Below, piece by piece: positions 12,151-24,512 of a stretch of DNA of 64,000 nucleotides. How positions within the stretch are numbered: position 1 is the first letter of the stretch; each line of letters begins with the position of its first letter. The stretch comes from Octopus sinensis (taxonomy: Eukaryota). Position numbers and translations under genes: made by a program. The notes below the pieces were generated by a model. The model had not been told where the DNA came from. It did not search any database and saw only the letters and a program-made list of their open reading frames with translations. The DNA is taken from the NCBI RefSeq assembly GCF_006345805.1, contig NC_043000.1, positions 64,604,001-64,668,000 on the forward strand, read 5' to 3'.

Positions 12151-12571
12151 TAGTACAGAAACAATTGTAATTAATAATAAAGTTGTGTTACATTCATTCT
12201 TTTTCTTCTTCCTCTTATATGTATCTTTTATTATTTTATTTTTTTACTTGTTTCAGTCATTGGACTATGGTCATGCTGGGGCACTTCCTTCAAGAATTTA
12301 ATCAAACAAATTGACCTCAGTAGTTTTTTTTTTTTAAGGCTGGTACTTATTCTATAGGTCTCTTGTGCTGAATCACATAAACAAACCAACACCAGTTGTC
12401 AAGCAATGATGGGTGACAAACACAGGCTCAAAGACACACACACACAAAGAAATATATATATATATATCTTAAATTATGCAATAGAAGCAGCTCTAGAGTA
12501 AGGTCTCTATATGATATCTATTAAGTATTGTGTATGTATGTGTATATGTGTGTGTGTGTATGTGTGTGTGT

Positions 12572-12795
12572 GAAGGCATGTGGTTTAGTGGTTAGGGCAT
12601 TTGGCCCATGATGGTAATGTTGTGAGTACAGTTCCCAGTAGCACGTTGTGTCCTTGAGCAAGACACTTTATTTCACATGGTTCTGGGTTCAGTCCCATTG
12701 CATGGCACCTAGGGCAAGTGTCTTCTACTATAAAAGCCTTGGGCTGACCTAAGTCTTGTGAGTGGATTTAGTAGATGGAAGCTAAAAGAAGCCCG

Positions 12796-12867
<72 letters not shown>

Positions 12868-13078
12868 ATGTTTGTGTGTCTGTGTTTGTCCTCCCCACCA
12901 TCACTCGACAATCGATGTTGGTGTGTTTACATCCCTGTAACTTAGCGGTTCGGCAAAAGAGACCGATAGAATAAGTACTAGGCTTACAAAGAATAAGTCC
13001 TGGGGTCGATTTGTTTGACTAAAGGCAGTGCTCCAGCATGACCACAGTCAAATGACTAAAACAAATAAAAAGAATAAA
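12572..13078 (+). mobile_element. SINE D head (12572-12678) joined to SINE A body (12679-13078)
   Basis: GGTTTAGTGGTTAGGG...TGTGTCCTTGAGCAAGACAC runs into TTCTGGGTTCAGTCCC...family A tail. Confidence 0.7.
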
Positions 13079-13541
13079 AATAAGAAAATATATAATATAA
13101 AGAAAATGGAGAGTGTGAGCAGATATATGACAGGCTTCCACACAGTTTCCATATAGTTATTCCAGGTTAGGAATGTTTGAACTGATAAGCTCCTTGACGG
13201 CAGATATTAAACAACAGTGAAAGAAACGGTTATTTAGTTGGAAAGGACAGTATATGATGTCTGGAGGAAAGGAGCAGTGATATAAATACATAGTATGAAA
13301 GAAAGAGAGAGAAAGAGGCTCTATAGTGAGAAAGGAAGTAAGGGAAGGGAGGGAGGGAGGAAGGAAGGAGTAGTAAAGCAGGAAAGTTTAGGATGTGAGT
13401 GAGCTTGAATGGGTGAGAGGGAAGTTGGAGTAATAAAGAGTTGGTTGCGTGTGAAAGAATGATTGAATGCAAATGCAGGGGCTATATAAATAATATATTC
13501 ATACATACATACATATATATATATATGTATATATATGTATA

Positions 13542-13647
<106 letters not shown>

Positions 13648-14725
13648 TAACTTATATATAGATTTATGTACTGATCTGTGTGTTTTTACCCATGTATATG
13701 TATGTAGTCTACTTCCTCTGCTAAACACCTTCATCAGCCCCATTGCAATCAAACACACTTGAACACACACATGCATACAAGCCCATTCTGCTAAACCAAA
13801 TCGATGGCATTCCCACACACTCCTGTATGTTCAAACATAATCCATTCTCAACTGACTCCTTACAATCCCTCATTCCTTCTTACACACACAAACCCAGGAG
13901 GTGAATGTATGTGTGAGACACATTCGCCTCCTAACACTTCTACAAGACTTCATTATGCCCTCCCTCCCTCTTTCCGTTCTTCCTGTATAACTCACTCTTT
14001 CACTCCCTCCCTTTCTCTACCCACCTCTTTCTTTTTCTTATTGTATGAATTCCTTCTCCTCCTTCTCTCCTTTGCTATCATTTACTGTTCATTCCTATTA
14101 AATAATGATTCTTGAGCATGAGTTACATATTTCCTATTAGGTAGCTTGTTATGTGGTGCCTATGGCTATTATGTCAATTCCTTTTTTTATGTAAGTAATT
14201 TTGAGTATAAGAGCTATGGAAAAAGGAATTATATACACGATATATGTTATATTGTCCCTGACTGAGAGGATTGTTCCTAGATAAACTGTGATGCCTTGCA
14301 TTCACAACCAAAGCTGGCCTTGCATTCACAACCAAAGCAAGCCATCTAGTGGTAAACAATAAGTTACTGTCAGACCTGCTAGAGAAACGAGTTCCACCAG
14401 ACTTATATGCCCAAAACATGCTGTGTGATAAACAAAACATTGGTAAGTCTATCTGAAACCAGTTGAAGCCTGCCTTAAGTGACTGCATCATCCATCTTCC
14501 ACCAGGGCAGATGTGGAAAGTGCACTGATAGTGTCTTGATAGGAATAATATGAATATGTGGCAGAGAAAACATCACAATTTCCACATGGAACCCATATTT
14601 TTAAAGCTTAAAGAACTTACATATGAGATCTCTAGGTACAACAAGCATTGCTTTAAGGTTTGTGAAATAAGATGGAAGAACACTGGAGAAATATAGACTG
14701 AATAAAGACATTTACTCTTCCTTAA

Positions 14726-14944
14726 CCTTTTAGCATTTAAACCAGCCATATCCGGCCAAAATATTCTACCTAATTTAGGTTCAAACAGGCCAGATCTTGC
14801 CTCTCACACCTACCCTACAATGTCATTCTAAAACTAAACAGTTACATCATCAAAATATCAAAAATACAAGATAATCCATGATTAATTTCAAGCAATGTAA
14901 ATAAAAAACATATCATTTGACAGAATAATCTGATTGCTAAGGAG
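14726..14944. mobile_element. piggyBac-type MITE
   Basis: TTAA-flanked, CCTTTTAGCA ... TGCTAAGGAG termini; inverse orientation relative to 7037-7716. Confidence 0.7.
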
Positions 14945-14954
14945 TTAATGGAAA

Positions 14955-15140
14955 GAAGAGGGGTACAGCTATGTAAATGGAGCAGTGTTCCTAGTCAACA
15001 AATCCATCAAGAACACTATACTAGGAGACAATGCAGTGTCAACCATCCATCTATTTCTACATTAGAGTGGCACAGGCTATGCCTGACAACAAATTATGAT
15101 GATGAAGATGTTGATGAATTTATAAAGATTGATGTAATAT
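14955..15140 (+). pseudogene. RTE-type LINE APE endonuclease fragment
   Basis: NGAVFLVNKSIKNTILGDNAVS ... (fs) LTTNYDDEDVDEF resembles G.GFLV ... YAPT....DE..EF endonuclease motifs. Confidence 0.6.
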
Positions 15141-16256
15141 ACTAAACACTGAGAGAAACTTCAGAATCAATGTGGTGAAGCATGACCAGAAGGATTTCAT
15201 CTCACCTTCATGCTACAACAATTGAAACAAGAGGAGATTGCACCTACTGGAATTTTCCAGTTACATAACAGAGTAGACAGGAGTATCTGTGAAATGAAGT
15301 GTTTTGCTGAAGAATACAATGCATTGTCTGGTCCAAGAATCCAAACCATGCATACACACACATATGTGTGTATGAAGACATGTGTGTGTATGCATGTATC
15401 TATATGTATAAGTTTTCACAACTTTTCTATCTCCATACACATCCCATCTGAACATGATAATATTCAAATACTCATACATGCATACACATCTACAAGATCC
15501 TTCAGATGCCCAACATATATGTGCATGCATGCTAATATGCATACACATAATCTCAGTTTTAAGCCAATACTACTCTCACTTCACTTGCCATCTCTAGATT
15601 TTAAAATCAAATTACTACTACCAACTTCATGAGCAAAACTAAGTCTACCCATTTTGACCGAAAATACTTTATCTTTCATTTCCCTCCCCTTTTCTCCCCC
15701 ATCCTATCCATTTTAAATACCACTCCTATATCTTCATCCTTTGACTCTGCTTAAATGACTTTATAGAATGCTACAATATGTTTACTTATCTATCCCACAA
15801 CAGACCCGTGAATGACCCCAACCAAAATTCACAAAGGCATCTCCCTAGCCAATTTCAATGCCAATCCTTCTCTCCTCACCTGCCCCACTTTACTCATATT
15901 CTTCTCCATAACAAACTTGCCCACTCCCATATATATATTTTATTTCATTTTTACTTCTTCCTCACAAATATGTTTTCCTCTGAATCCCCAATAAGTTATC
16001 CCCAACAAGGATCCCCTAATGACAATGTAAACTTCATATAATCAAAATATCCTTGCCCTGAAGAGTAGCTTGCGGTCTACCCCTTGTTTGGATAATTTAC
16101 TACTTCCAAGGTAGTATGAAACTAGCTATGAAGCATATGTAGTCTGGATTGGTTTCATCTACTCCATTCCCTAATTTTAGGATATATGTGTGTGTGTGTA
16201 TATATATATATACATATCTATATGTACACACACACATATGTATATATATATATATA

Positions 16257-16460
16257 TGTGGACGCACGCAGTTGTCGAGTGGTACCCAGAAAAGACCACC
16301 CGGAAGACCTCCACGAGGGTGGAGTTACGATTTCAGGAGGACGATTGGGATCACATGGAAGAGAAAGACGCGATCCAGAGAGGAGTGGACAGCGTGCTGT
16401 GACCAGCGGTGTCAAATGGATGCCTGACGGACTGGTCGGTCATGGTGATCAAGGTGATAT
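16257..16460 (+). mobile_element. 3' end of a second RTE-type LINE family
   Basis: WTHAVVEWYP (fs) KRPPGRPPRGWSYDFRRTIGITWKRKTRSREEW, typical RTE C-terminus; flanked by (TA)n. Confidence 0.7.
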
Positions 16461-16534
16461 ATATATATATTGATAAAAATGGTAAGACAACAAAAGAAAG
16501 AAAGAGACCTCAATATTATGTAAATAGAGGAATT

Positions 16535-16713
16535 TATCTGTAAATGTAATATGTGACAATTATTCGGTAGCCATGATAAAACTCCGAGTTTCGGATGCCG
16601 AGGTGGAAATTCATGCTGTGAAGAGATGGTGGCATGGATTTCCACCTCGGCATACGAAACTCGGAGTTTTATCATGGCTACCGAATAATTGTTACATATT
16701 ACATTTACAGATA
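16535..16713. repeat. 82-bp-arm inverted repeat containing hammerhead remnant
   Basis: Arms 16535-16616 / 16632-16713 with 3 mismatches, 15-nt spacer. Confidence 0.85.
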
Positions 16714-16719
16714 TATATA

Positions 16720-16852
16720 TATCATCATCATCATCATCATCATCATTTAACGTCCGCTTTCCATGCTAGCATGGGTTGGACGGTTCAACTGGGGTCTGGG
16801 GAGCCCGAAGGCTGCACCAGGCCAGTCAGATCTGGCAGTCCTGGTGCAGCCT
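16720..16852 (-). mobile_element. RTE-type LINE 3' tip
   Basis: (CAT)n-TTAACGTCCGCTTTCCATGCTAGCATGGGTTGGACGG. Confidence 0.8.
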
Positions 16853-17499
16853 TCGATACATATATACATGCATACATATATGTATATGTGTGTGTGTGTG
16901 TATGTATGTATTGTTTTCAAGAATTTAGTCAACCCAAGGGTTTATATTATGTATAAAACACATGTTTGCAAAGCTATAGTTATGAATAAAGCTTCTTTAT
17001 CTCATGGCCTCATGTGCATTCATTTATCTCTGTTTCTTTCTGTTTTGAGTTCAAGTTTTGCAGTATTAACACCTAGAGCTAATATTTATGCCTGCTTAAA
17101 AGTGGATGTCCTGTACATGGTTGTTTCTCTCATGGTATCTACTACAGTATAATGAGTTTGTTTTAAAAGAATATCCATGTTTAAGTGGGGATAAATATTA
17201 CCTCTCTTCTGTTATAGCTTGGAGAGCTATCATAGGTGGAAGTTGAAAACTGAGCCTTGGTGTTAAGCACATCCCTGCACTCATTGCTCAGTCTCACTTT
17301 TCTGAATGCATGTCCATAAAGTGCTTCCATTGTTGTTGCAAATTATTCATCTAAAAGTAGTCTAAGTACCAAATAACAGAATGTGATACTCTGTCAACAA
17401 ATGCTAAACATTTCTTGTGTCCCTGTCATACTATGAAGAGTGTAACAATTGTACTTTTACATTTCATAAATCTGAACTGTATTTCAACTCTTCCTAACC

Positions 17500-17775
17500 A
17501 TCATTGTTGTTAACATCTAACATCCGTTTTCCATGCTGGCATGGGTTGGATGGCTTGACAGGATCTCGTAAAGCCAGGAGCCACACCAAGTTCCATAGCC
17601 TGTTTTGGCTTGGTTTCTATGGCTGGATGTCCTTCCTAAAGCCAACCAAACCACATAGTATGCTGGGTGCTTTTTATGTGGCACCATCACCGGGGCTTTT
17701 TATGTGGTTCCAGCACCAGTTCTCAGCAACTACACCAATGATTTTATGTGACACCTTGGTTTTAGGATCTCAAAA
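17500..17775 (-). mobile_element. RTE-type LINE 3' UTR fragment
   Basis: Shared CCATGCTGGCATGGGTTGGA and GTGCTTTTTATGTGGCACC motifs. Confidence 0.7.
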
Positions 17776-18409
17776 TTCTCTCGGTTACTTTTCTGAATTG
17801 TACCCTCAGATGTTGCTTCTCTCCTACATTATAACTTAGTCTTTGTAGTAGGTGATGATGGACTATCAGCTGAAAAACAAACACACAAAAGATTGCTCAT
17901 TTGTGGGTAAGAAGAAAGAGAAAAAAAAAGAGCAAATAATAGGCAGGTGCTAGACTTGTGTAAGTTTTTTTTTTTTAGTTCAGAAAGAGCTATTCATACA
18001 TCAGATTCATTTTCTCATTCTTATTCACATGAAATTGCCAAACTGGCTCAAGGGATCTCTAGATTTCACAATACTGACTTGGTTTGTGCTGAGGCCATAA
18101 AACACCATAACAGATGTGTAACCTTCATTATAACTTCTAGCCCAGTACAATCCTATGAAGCAATTATCAAAATTTCTTTTTCGGTTTCCTTGTATATATT
18201 ATATATTTGATGATTTTGTTCCCATATTTTTGTAGTGATTTTTGGTACTTTGTAATCTCTAGAAAACCCGCTAACTAGATTTGTAAAGGTAGTGGGGTTG
18301 TTTTCATCCTCATTGCATGTTATTGGCACTAGTGAGGTTGCCAAGTAACTTGCAAGACAAAGAAAATACAGGGAAAAATGGGAAAGGAATAAGCTCTCAG
18401 TATTAAGAG

Positions 18410-18710
18410 AGGATTATGCAAAAGAACAAGAAAACAAAAACATGAAATAGTGCTGCTAAAAGACATTTTAGTCTTCCATCAATGGATGAAATGATTCATT
18501 GTTGGCTCAATCAAGAAGGAAAATTGAAAATCATTAAAAGTGATAAATGCTATTTCCAGGAAGAAAAAGCAAAATACTAAGATTTTGAAAAAAAATTATA
18601 TAAATGGATTGTATATCAGAGAAGGAGTATGTTTCTACTAATATGTCAATTTTTAAAGCAAGGAGGATTGTAAGGAATAATAGTTTAAAATTTTTTACAA
18701 GCTTGTGCTT
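18410..18710 (+). pseudogene. pogo/Tigger-like transposase DNA-binding region, decayed
   Basis: W..QEGKL ... KAKY.DFEKKLYKWIVYQRR..VSTNMSIFKARRI resembles CENP-B-type HTH; stops and frameshifts. Confidence 0.45.
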
Positions 18711-18907
18711 ACTATTAAGTCTGATGTATGACTAAAAGCTGAAGTATTGCATCTTAGGCATAGAAAGCAAACTTTGATCAGATGGGGCTATAGTAGAAAA
18801 CATTTGCTCAAGGTATCATGTAGTAGAGACTAAACCTGGACCCATGTAGTTGTGAAGCAAACCTTCTTACCATACAGCCATACCTGTGCCTATATATATA
18901 TATATGT

Positions 18908-19150
18908 ACAAGGGGGCTGGCTGAAAAGTTCACAGGCAGACCAAGACACTCTCATGAAATGTAACCAAATGAAGTGTATTTTGCACCACTGTCCTCCCTG
19001 TGATCCATACACTTCTTCCATTGGTGTTGTAGAGTTTGGATCCCACTGGAAAAGAAGCTTTCATCCTGTTGGTCAAAACAGTTACCAACAGCACATATGA
19101 CATCACCATCACTGCGATACTAGTTCTCTGTCAAGTTTTGTAATTCTTTC
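18908..19150 (-). mobile_element. Mariner 3' end (TIR + transposase C-terminus)
   Basis: TA|CAAGGGGGCTGGCTGAAAAGTTC TIR; minus frame DQQDESFFSSGIQTLQHQWKKC. Confidence 0.55.
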
Positions 19151-20249
19151 CTAGGACATTCTAATTACTTGTTCATAGTACCAGAGCAGTGTCCTGCCAA
19201 TGTGTGTGTATGTGTGTGTTATTTAAAACAGTTTGATTTAGCCCCATGTAACTTAAAGTTTTTAGGCTCCTCACAGAAACTCGCTGAGCTCAGTGAACCA
19301 AATAGAGATATGCAGGAAGTCCCAGATGGCTTCTGGAAACTGCGCTGCAATTGGTCAAGATGAGTCATGTGGGGTTGTTAGAAGTGAGATCAGCATCCCA
19401 GCAACTTCAGATGCATTAAAAAGGAGAATTTCTTGGATCACATGGCTGAACAGCAGGCTGAGGGTGCTTTGCTGTCTGGCCAGTTTTTGAAGGGACTTGC
19501 AGGCAACAGTGTGTATATGCCAGGTGCATGAGTGTGTAGATGTGAGTTTCTGATGATTATGTGTGTGTATCTGCCATGTATGTATGTTCAAGGGTGTGCA
19601 TGTGTGCAAGCTGTCATGTGGGTGGGAACTGATGGCATCAGCTCATTAGTGCATATGAGTGCATTTACTAAGTTGGGTGCAGGTGCATATCAGCCATGTG
19701 TGAGTATTTGCCTGTGCAAATATGTTGGTGTGTCAGTTGTGTATATCAGCCGCGTGTGTATCAGTCGTATGTGTATGTGTGTGTGTGCATGTATAAGTAT
19801 GTGTGCATGTATAAGTATGTGTGCATTACTGCCGGTTGCATATACATGTATGTACATATGTGTTTATGATGTATGTATGGAAGTCTGTGTGTGTATGATT
19901 GGCTAACATGAGTATGTACATTCCTGTATTTATATATGTAAGTATGAATGTCTGTGTTTGTCTGGAAGAAGATTTATGTGTTTATGCATGTATTTTCATC
20001 TGATGTATGCATGTATGTAAACATATATATGCATGCTTTTGGTATTTGCATACATGCACATGACAGACGTAAACTAGTATGGCTGCAATGGCATTGCTAG
20101 GAGTGAGAGAGTTTGGTGTTGGATTGAAGTTTGCCTACTCACCTGTGTATATATATATGAGATGGAGAGCATTGTGCAGGGTCCAGATGGAGTATTTGCA
20201 TAATTTTTATTAGGATGGACGATGGTTCGTGTACCTGATACATACTCAC

Positions 20250-20299
20250 TTTGCTCCAAGCATCCTCTGCAGCTCATCACATAGTTGAGACAGGTGATC
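20250..20299 (-). CDS. Candidate 50-nt exon (DHLSQLCDELQRMLGA or ITCLNYVMSCRGCLEQ)
   Basis: ctctattgttcag|GATCACC...GGAGCAAA|gtgagt; two open frames. Confidence 0.4.
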
Positions 20300-20781
20300 C
20301 TGAACAATAGAGCTGCATAGATATACATGCAATACACACACATACGTTTGTATGTCTATGTTTTTATAAACACTGTATGTAAAAGTTTCAATGACATTTT
20401 GTTTTCTGTCTCAACAATATTTTTTCTTCTTATCCTTTTAGATTTTATTCATTTACTTTTTTTGATAACTGAAAGACAAAATAAAAAGCTACTTGTAAGA
20501 CACAAATTGTACACACAAACACTTTATTTTTAGGAGCATTCTCTTATCTTGATCGCATAATTATATATGTACAAGATAGCTGCAACTTGATTTCAAATAT
20601 TGCCATCACTTGTTGTTCTATTAAATGTAAGCAGCACAGATGTGACTTTGTTAGGTATCTATACTCTTTCGCACAGATGTCCAAAGAGCATAGCACCAAC
20701 ACTGACACATGCCTGGCCAGCTCCTTTCAAACTGTCCAACACATGGCAGCATGGAAAGCAGACGTTAAACGAAGAGGATGA

Positions 20782-21045
20782 TAAAAGTATCAAGGAAAAA
20801 GTGTTCAATTTCTGAGATACAATGTGAAGGACATACATGTGATCTTATCATACTTATCATATAGCTTTTGCATACACACACATAATATATATATATGACG
20901 GAGTGCTGAAAAGTTCCTGGCTTTAAGGGTATTGCAAAAGGCCTGGTTGGAGGCCTAACCTTCTGAGATCTTTTACAGGGCTTAGTAAAACTAAAAGACT
21001 ACTGCAATAAATGTGTGAATCTGAGAGGGAAATATGTTGAATAAA
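20782..21045. repeat. Left copy of 264-bp direct repeat (includes truncated mariner MITE)
   Basis: Matches 25158-25425 with 3 substitutions and one (TA)2 indel. Confidence 0.95.
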
Positions 21046-21057
21046 TACATACACACA

Positions 21058-23198
21058 CATCATCATCATCATCGTCGTTTAACGTCCGTTCTCCATGCTA
21101 GCATGGGTTGGACGGTTCGACGGGGTTCTGGGAAGCCAGAAGGCTGCACCAGGCTCCAGTCTAATCTGGCAATGTTCTACAGCTGGATGCCCTTCCTAAC
21201 GCCAACCACTCGTGAGTGTAGTGGGTGCTTTTTACGTGCCACCTGCACAGGTGCCAGGCGGGGCTGGCAACGGCCACGGTCAGATTGGTGTATTTTATGT
21301 GCCACCGGCACGGAAGCCAGTCGAGGCGGTGCTGGCATTGGCCACGAGTTGGATAGTGCTTTTTACGTACCACCAGACCAGGGATCCTGGCTGGTTCAAT
21401 TCAATTTCGATTTCGCTTGCCCCAACATGTCTTCACAAGCAAAGGGGGTTGGCATGGGTGCCTGTCGTACGGTCGCATTGGAGTATTTTACGTGCCACGG
21501 CCACGAGTCGGATAGTGCTTTTTACGTACCACCAGACCAGGGATCCTGGCTGGTTCAATTCAATTTCGATTTCGCTTGCCCCAACATGTCTTCACAAGCA
21601 AAGGGGGTTGGCATGGGTGCCTGTCGTACGGTCGCATTGGAGTATTTTACGTGCCACGGCCACGAGTCGGATAGTGCTTTTTACGTACCACCAGACCAGG
21701 GATCCTGGCTGGTTCAATTCGATTTCGATTTCGCTTGCCCCACATGTCTTCACAAGCAAAGGGGGTTGGCATGGGTGCCTGTCGTACGGTCGCATTGGAG
21801 TATTTTACGTGCCACGGCCACGAGTCGGATAGTGCTTTTTACGTACCACCAGACCAGGGATCCTGGCTGGTTCAATTCGATTTCGATTTCGCTTGCCCCA
21901 ACATGTCTTCACAAGCAAAGGGGGTTGGCATGGGTGCCTGTCGTACGGTCGCATTGGAGTATTTTACGTGCCACGGCCACGAGTCGGATAGTGCTTTTTA
22001 CGTACCACCAGGCCAAGGATCCTGGCTGGTTCAATTCGGTTTCGATTTCGATTTCGCTTGCCCCAACATGTCTTCGCAAGCATGGGGGGTTGGCATGGGT
22101 GTCTGTCGTCGGATGAGGTTCTATATCGACTTCGCTTGCCTCAACCGGTCTTTGTGTCCAAGGGTGGAAAGGCATTCATAAGTGGGCTGGGCTCACTTGT
22201 ACTGCCTGGTCTTCTCACGTACAGAATATTTCCAAAGGTCTCAGTCTCTGGTCATTTCCTCAGTGAGGCCTAAAGTTCGAAGGTCGTGCTTCACCACCTC
22301 GTCCCAGGTTTCCCTGGGTCTACCTCTTCCACGGGTTCCCTCAACTGCTAGGGATTGGCACTTTCTCACACACCTATCTTCATCCATTCTCGCCACATGA
22401 CCATACCAGCGCAATCGTCTCTCTTGCACACCACAACTGATGCTTCTTAGGTACAACATTTCTCTCAAGGTGCTAACGCTCTGTCGAGTATGTACACTGA
22501 CATTACACATCCATCGGAGCATACTGGCTTCATTCCTCATGAGCTTACGCATGTCCTCAGCAGTCACGGCCCATGTTTCGCTGCATGTAGCATGGCTGTT
22601 CATACACACGCATCATACAGTCTGCCTTTTACTCTGAGCGAGAGGCCTTTAGTCACCAGCAGAGGTAAGAGCTCCCTAAACTTTGCCCAGGCTATTCTTA
22701 TTCTAGCAGTTACACTTTCAGCGCACCCACCCCCACTACTGACTTGGTCACCTAGATAACGGAAGCTATCAACAACTTCTAGTTTTTCCCCCTGGAAAGT
22801 GACGGAAGTTGTTTTCTGCAGATTTTCGGAGGTTAATGCTCCCGAGCATCTGCCACATACAAAAACTATCTTCCCAGTTAGCCTACCTTTGACATTGCTG
22901 CACCTCTTATGTGTCCATAGCTTACACTGGGTACATCTTATAGAGTTTCTACCTACCCTTTTCTACAGATCGAGCAGGGCCATCTTCCTGAAGATATTTG
23001 TGGATTGTCTACCTTTCTACTTATTAGTACTTTGGTTTTAGCTAGGTTGACTCTAAGGCCCCTTGATTCTAAACCCTCCTTCCACACCTGGAACTTCTCC
23101 TCCAGTTCTGATAGTGACTCAGCAATAAGAGCAAGGTCGTCAGCGTAGAGGAGCTCCCAGGGACAGCCTGTCTTGAATTCCTCCGTAATTGCCTGGAG
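21058..23198 (-). mobile_element. 5'-truncated RTE-type LINE copy 1 (RT from just before YADD to stop at 22193, long 3' UTR, (GAT)n tail)
   Basis: PWELLYADDLALIAES (YADD 23136-23147), SFRYLGD, RLRWYGHVARM, GRGRPRETW; frameshift near 22958 and premature TGA near 22607. Confidence 0.95.
21340..22112. repeat. 158-159-bp tandem repeat (4 full units + diverged fifth) in LINE 3' UTR
   Basis: Units start at 21340, 21499, 21658, 21816, 21975. Confidence 0.95.
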
Positions 23199-24432
23199 TC
23201 ATCATCATCATCATCATCATCGTTTAGCGTCCGTTTTCCATGCTAGCATGGGTTGGACGGTTCTACTGGGGTCTGTGAAGCCAGAAGGCTTCATCAGGCC
23301 CAGTCAAATCTGGCAGTGTTTCTACGGCTGGATGCCCTTCCTAACGCCAACCACTCCGTGAGTGTAGTGGGTGCTTTTTACGTGCCACCCGCACTGGTGC
23401 CAGACAGAGCTGGCAAACGGCCACGAACAGATGGTGCTTTTTATGTGCCACCGGCACGAGGGCCAGGCGAGGCTGGCAACGGACACGAAACGGGGCGGTG
23501 CTGGCAACGGTCGCGAAACGGAAAGTTCTCTTACATGCCACCGGCACTGGTAACACATCTGCAATTTCCATTGATCGATTTCCATTGATCGATTTCCATT
23601 GATCGATTTCGATTCTGATCGTCACTTGCCTCAAGGGTCTTCACAAGCAGAGTTTTGACATGCCACCGGCACTGGTAGCACATCCGCAATTTCCATTGAT
23701 CGATTTCGATTCTGATCCTCACTTGCCTCATCACGTCTTCACAAGTAGAGCTTTGTGTCCCAAGAAGGGAAGGTATGCATACGTAGGCTGGCTCCATCCC
23801 ATGTAGAAGGCCACGGGTTATGAACTCACTTGTCCTGCCGGGTCTTCTCGCGCACGGCACACTTCCAGAGGTCTCGGTCTCTAGTCATTTCCTCAGTGAG
23901 ACCTAAAGTTCGAAGGTCGTGCTTCACCACCTCGTCCCAGGTTTTCCTGGGTCTGCCTCTTCCACAGGTTCCCTCAACCGCTAGGGTGTGGCACTTTTTC
24001 ACACAACTATCTTCATCCATTCTCGCCACATGACCATACCAGCGCAAACGTCTCTCTTGCACACCACAACTGATGCTTCTTAGGTCCAGCTTTTCTCTCA
24101 AGGTACTTACACTCTGCCGAGTGTGAGTACCGGCATTACACATCCATCGGAGCATACTGGCTTCATTTCTAGCGAGCTTACGCATATCCTCAGCAGTCAC
24201 GGCCCATGTTTCACTGCCATGTAGCATGGCTGTTCGTACACACGCATCATACAGTCTGCCTTTCACTCTGTGCGAGAGGCCTTTTGTCACCAGCAGAGGT
24301 AAGAGCTCTCTGAACTTTGCCCAAGCTATTCTTACTCTAGCAGTTACACTTTCAGCACACCCGCCCCCGCTGCTGACTTGGTCACCTAGGTAACGGAAAC
24401 TATCAACTATTTCTAGTTTTTCTCCCTGGAGT
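23199..24432 (-). mobile_element. 5'-truncated RTE-type LINE copy 2
   Basis: Open frame LQGEKLEIVDSFRYLGD...EKTRQDK* (stop 23826), 3' UTR with 14-bp TTCCATTGATCGAT repeats, (GAT)n tail abutting copy 1. Confidence 0.95.
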
Positions 24433-24472
24433 ACTATATATATATATAAAGATACATATACACATACATATG

Positions 24473-24507
<35 letters not shown>

Positions 24508-24512
<5 letters not shown>

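Noticed and set aside
16058-16140. CTGAAGA...GAAAC hammerhead-like motif
   Set aside because: Core words present but stems I and III do not pair; at best a decayed copy.
19260-19520. GC-richer stretch with exon-like acceptor
   Set aside because: No frame is both open and bounded by good splice sites; no recognisable motif.
21340-22112. Regular repeat array resembling CRISPR
   Set aside because: Units are near-identical over their whole length, with no unique spacers; eukaryotic LINE context.
21034-22181. 360-aa and overlapping repetitive ORFs
   Set aside because: Read-through of the 159-bp (multiple of 3) tandem repeat in the LINE 3' UTR; no protein motifs.
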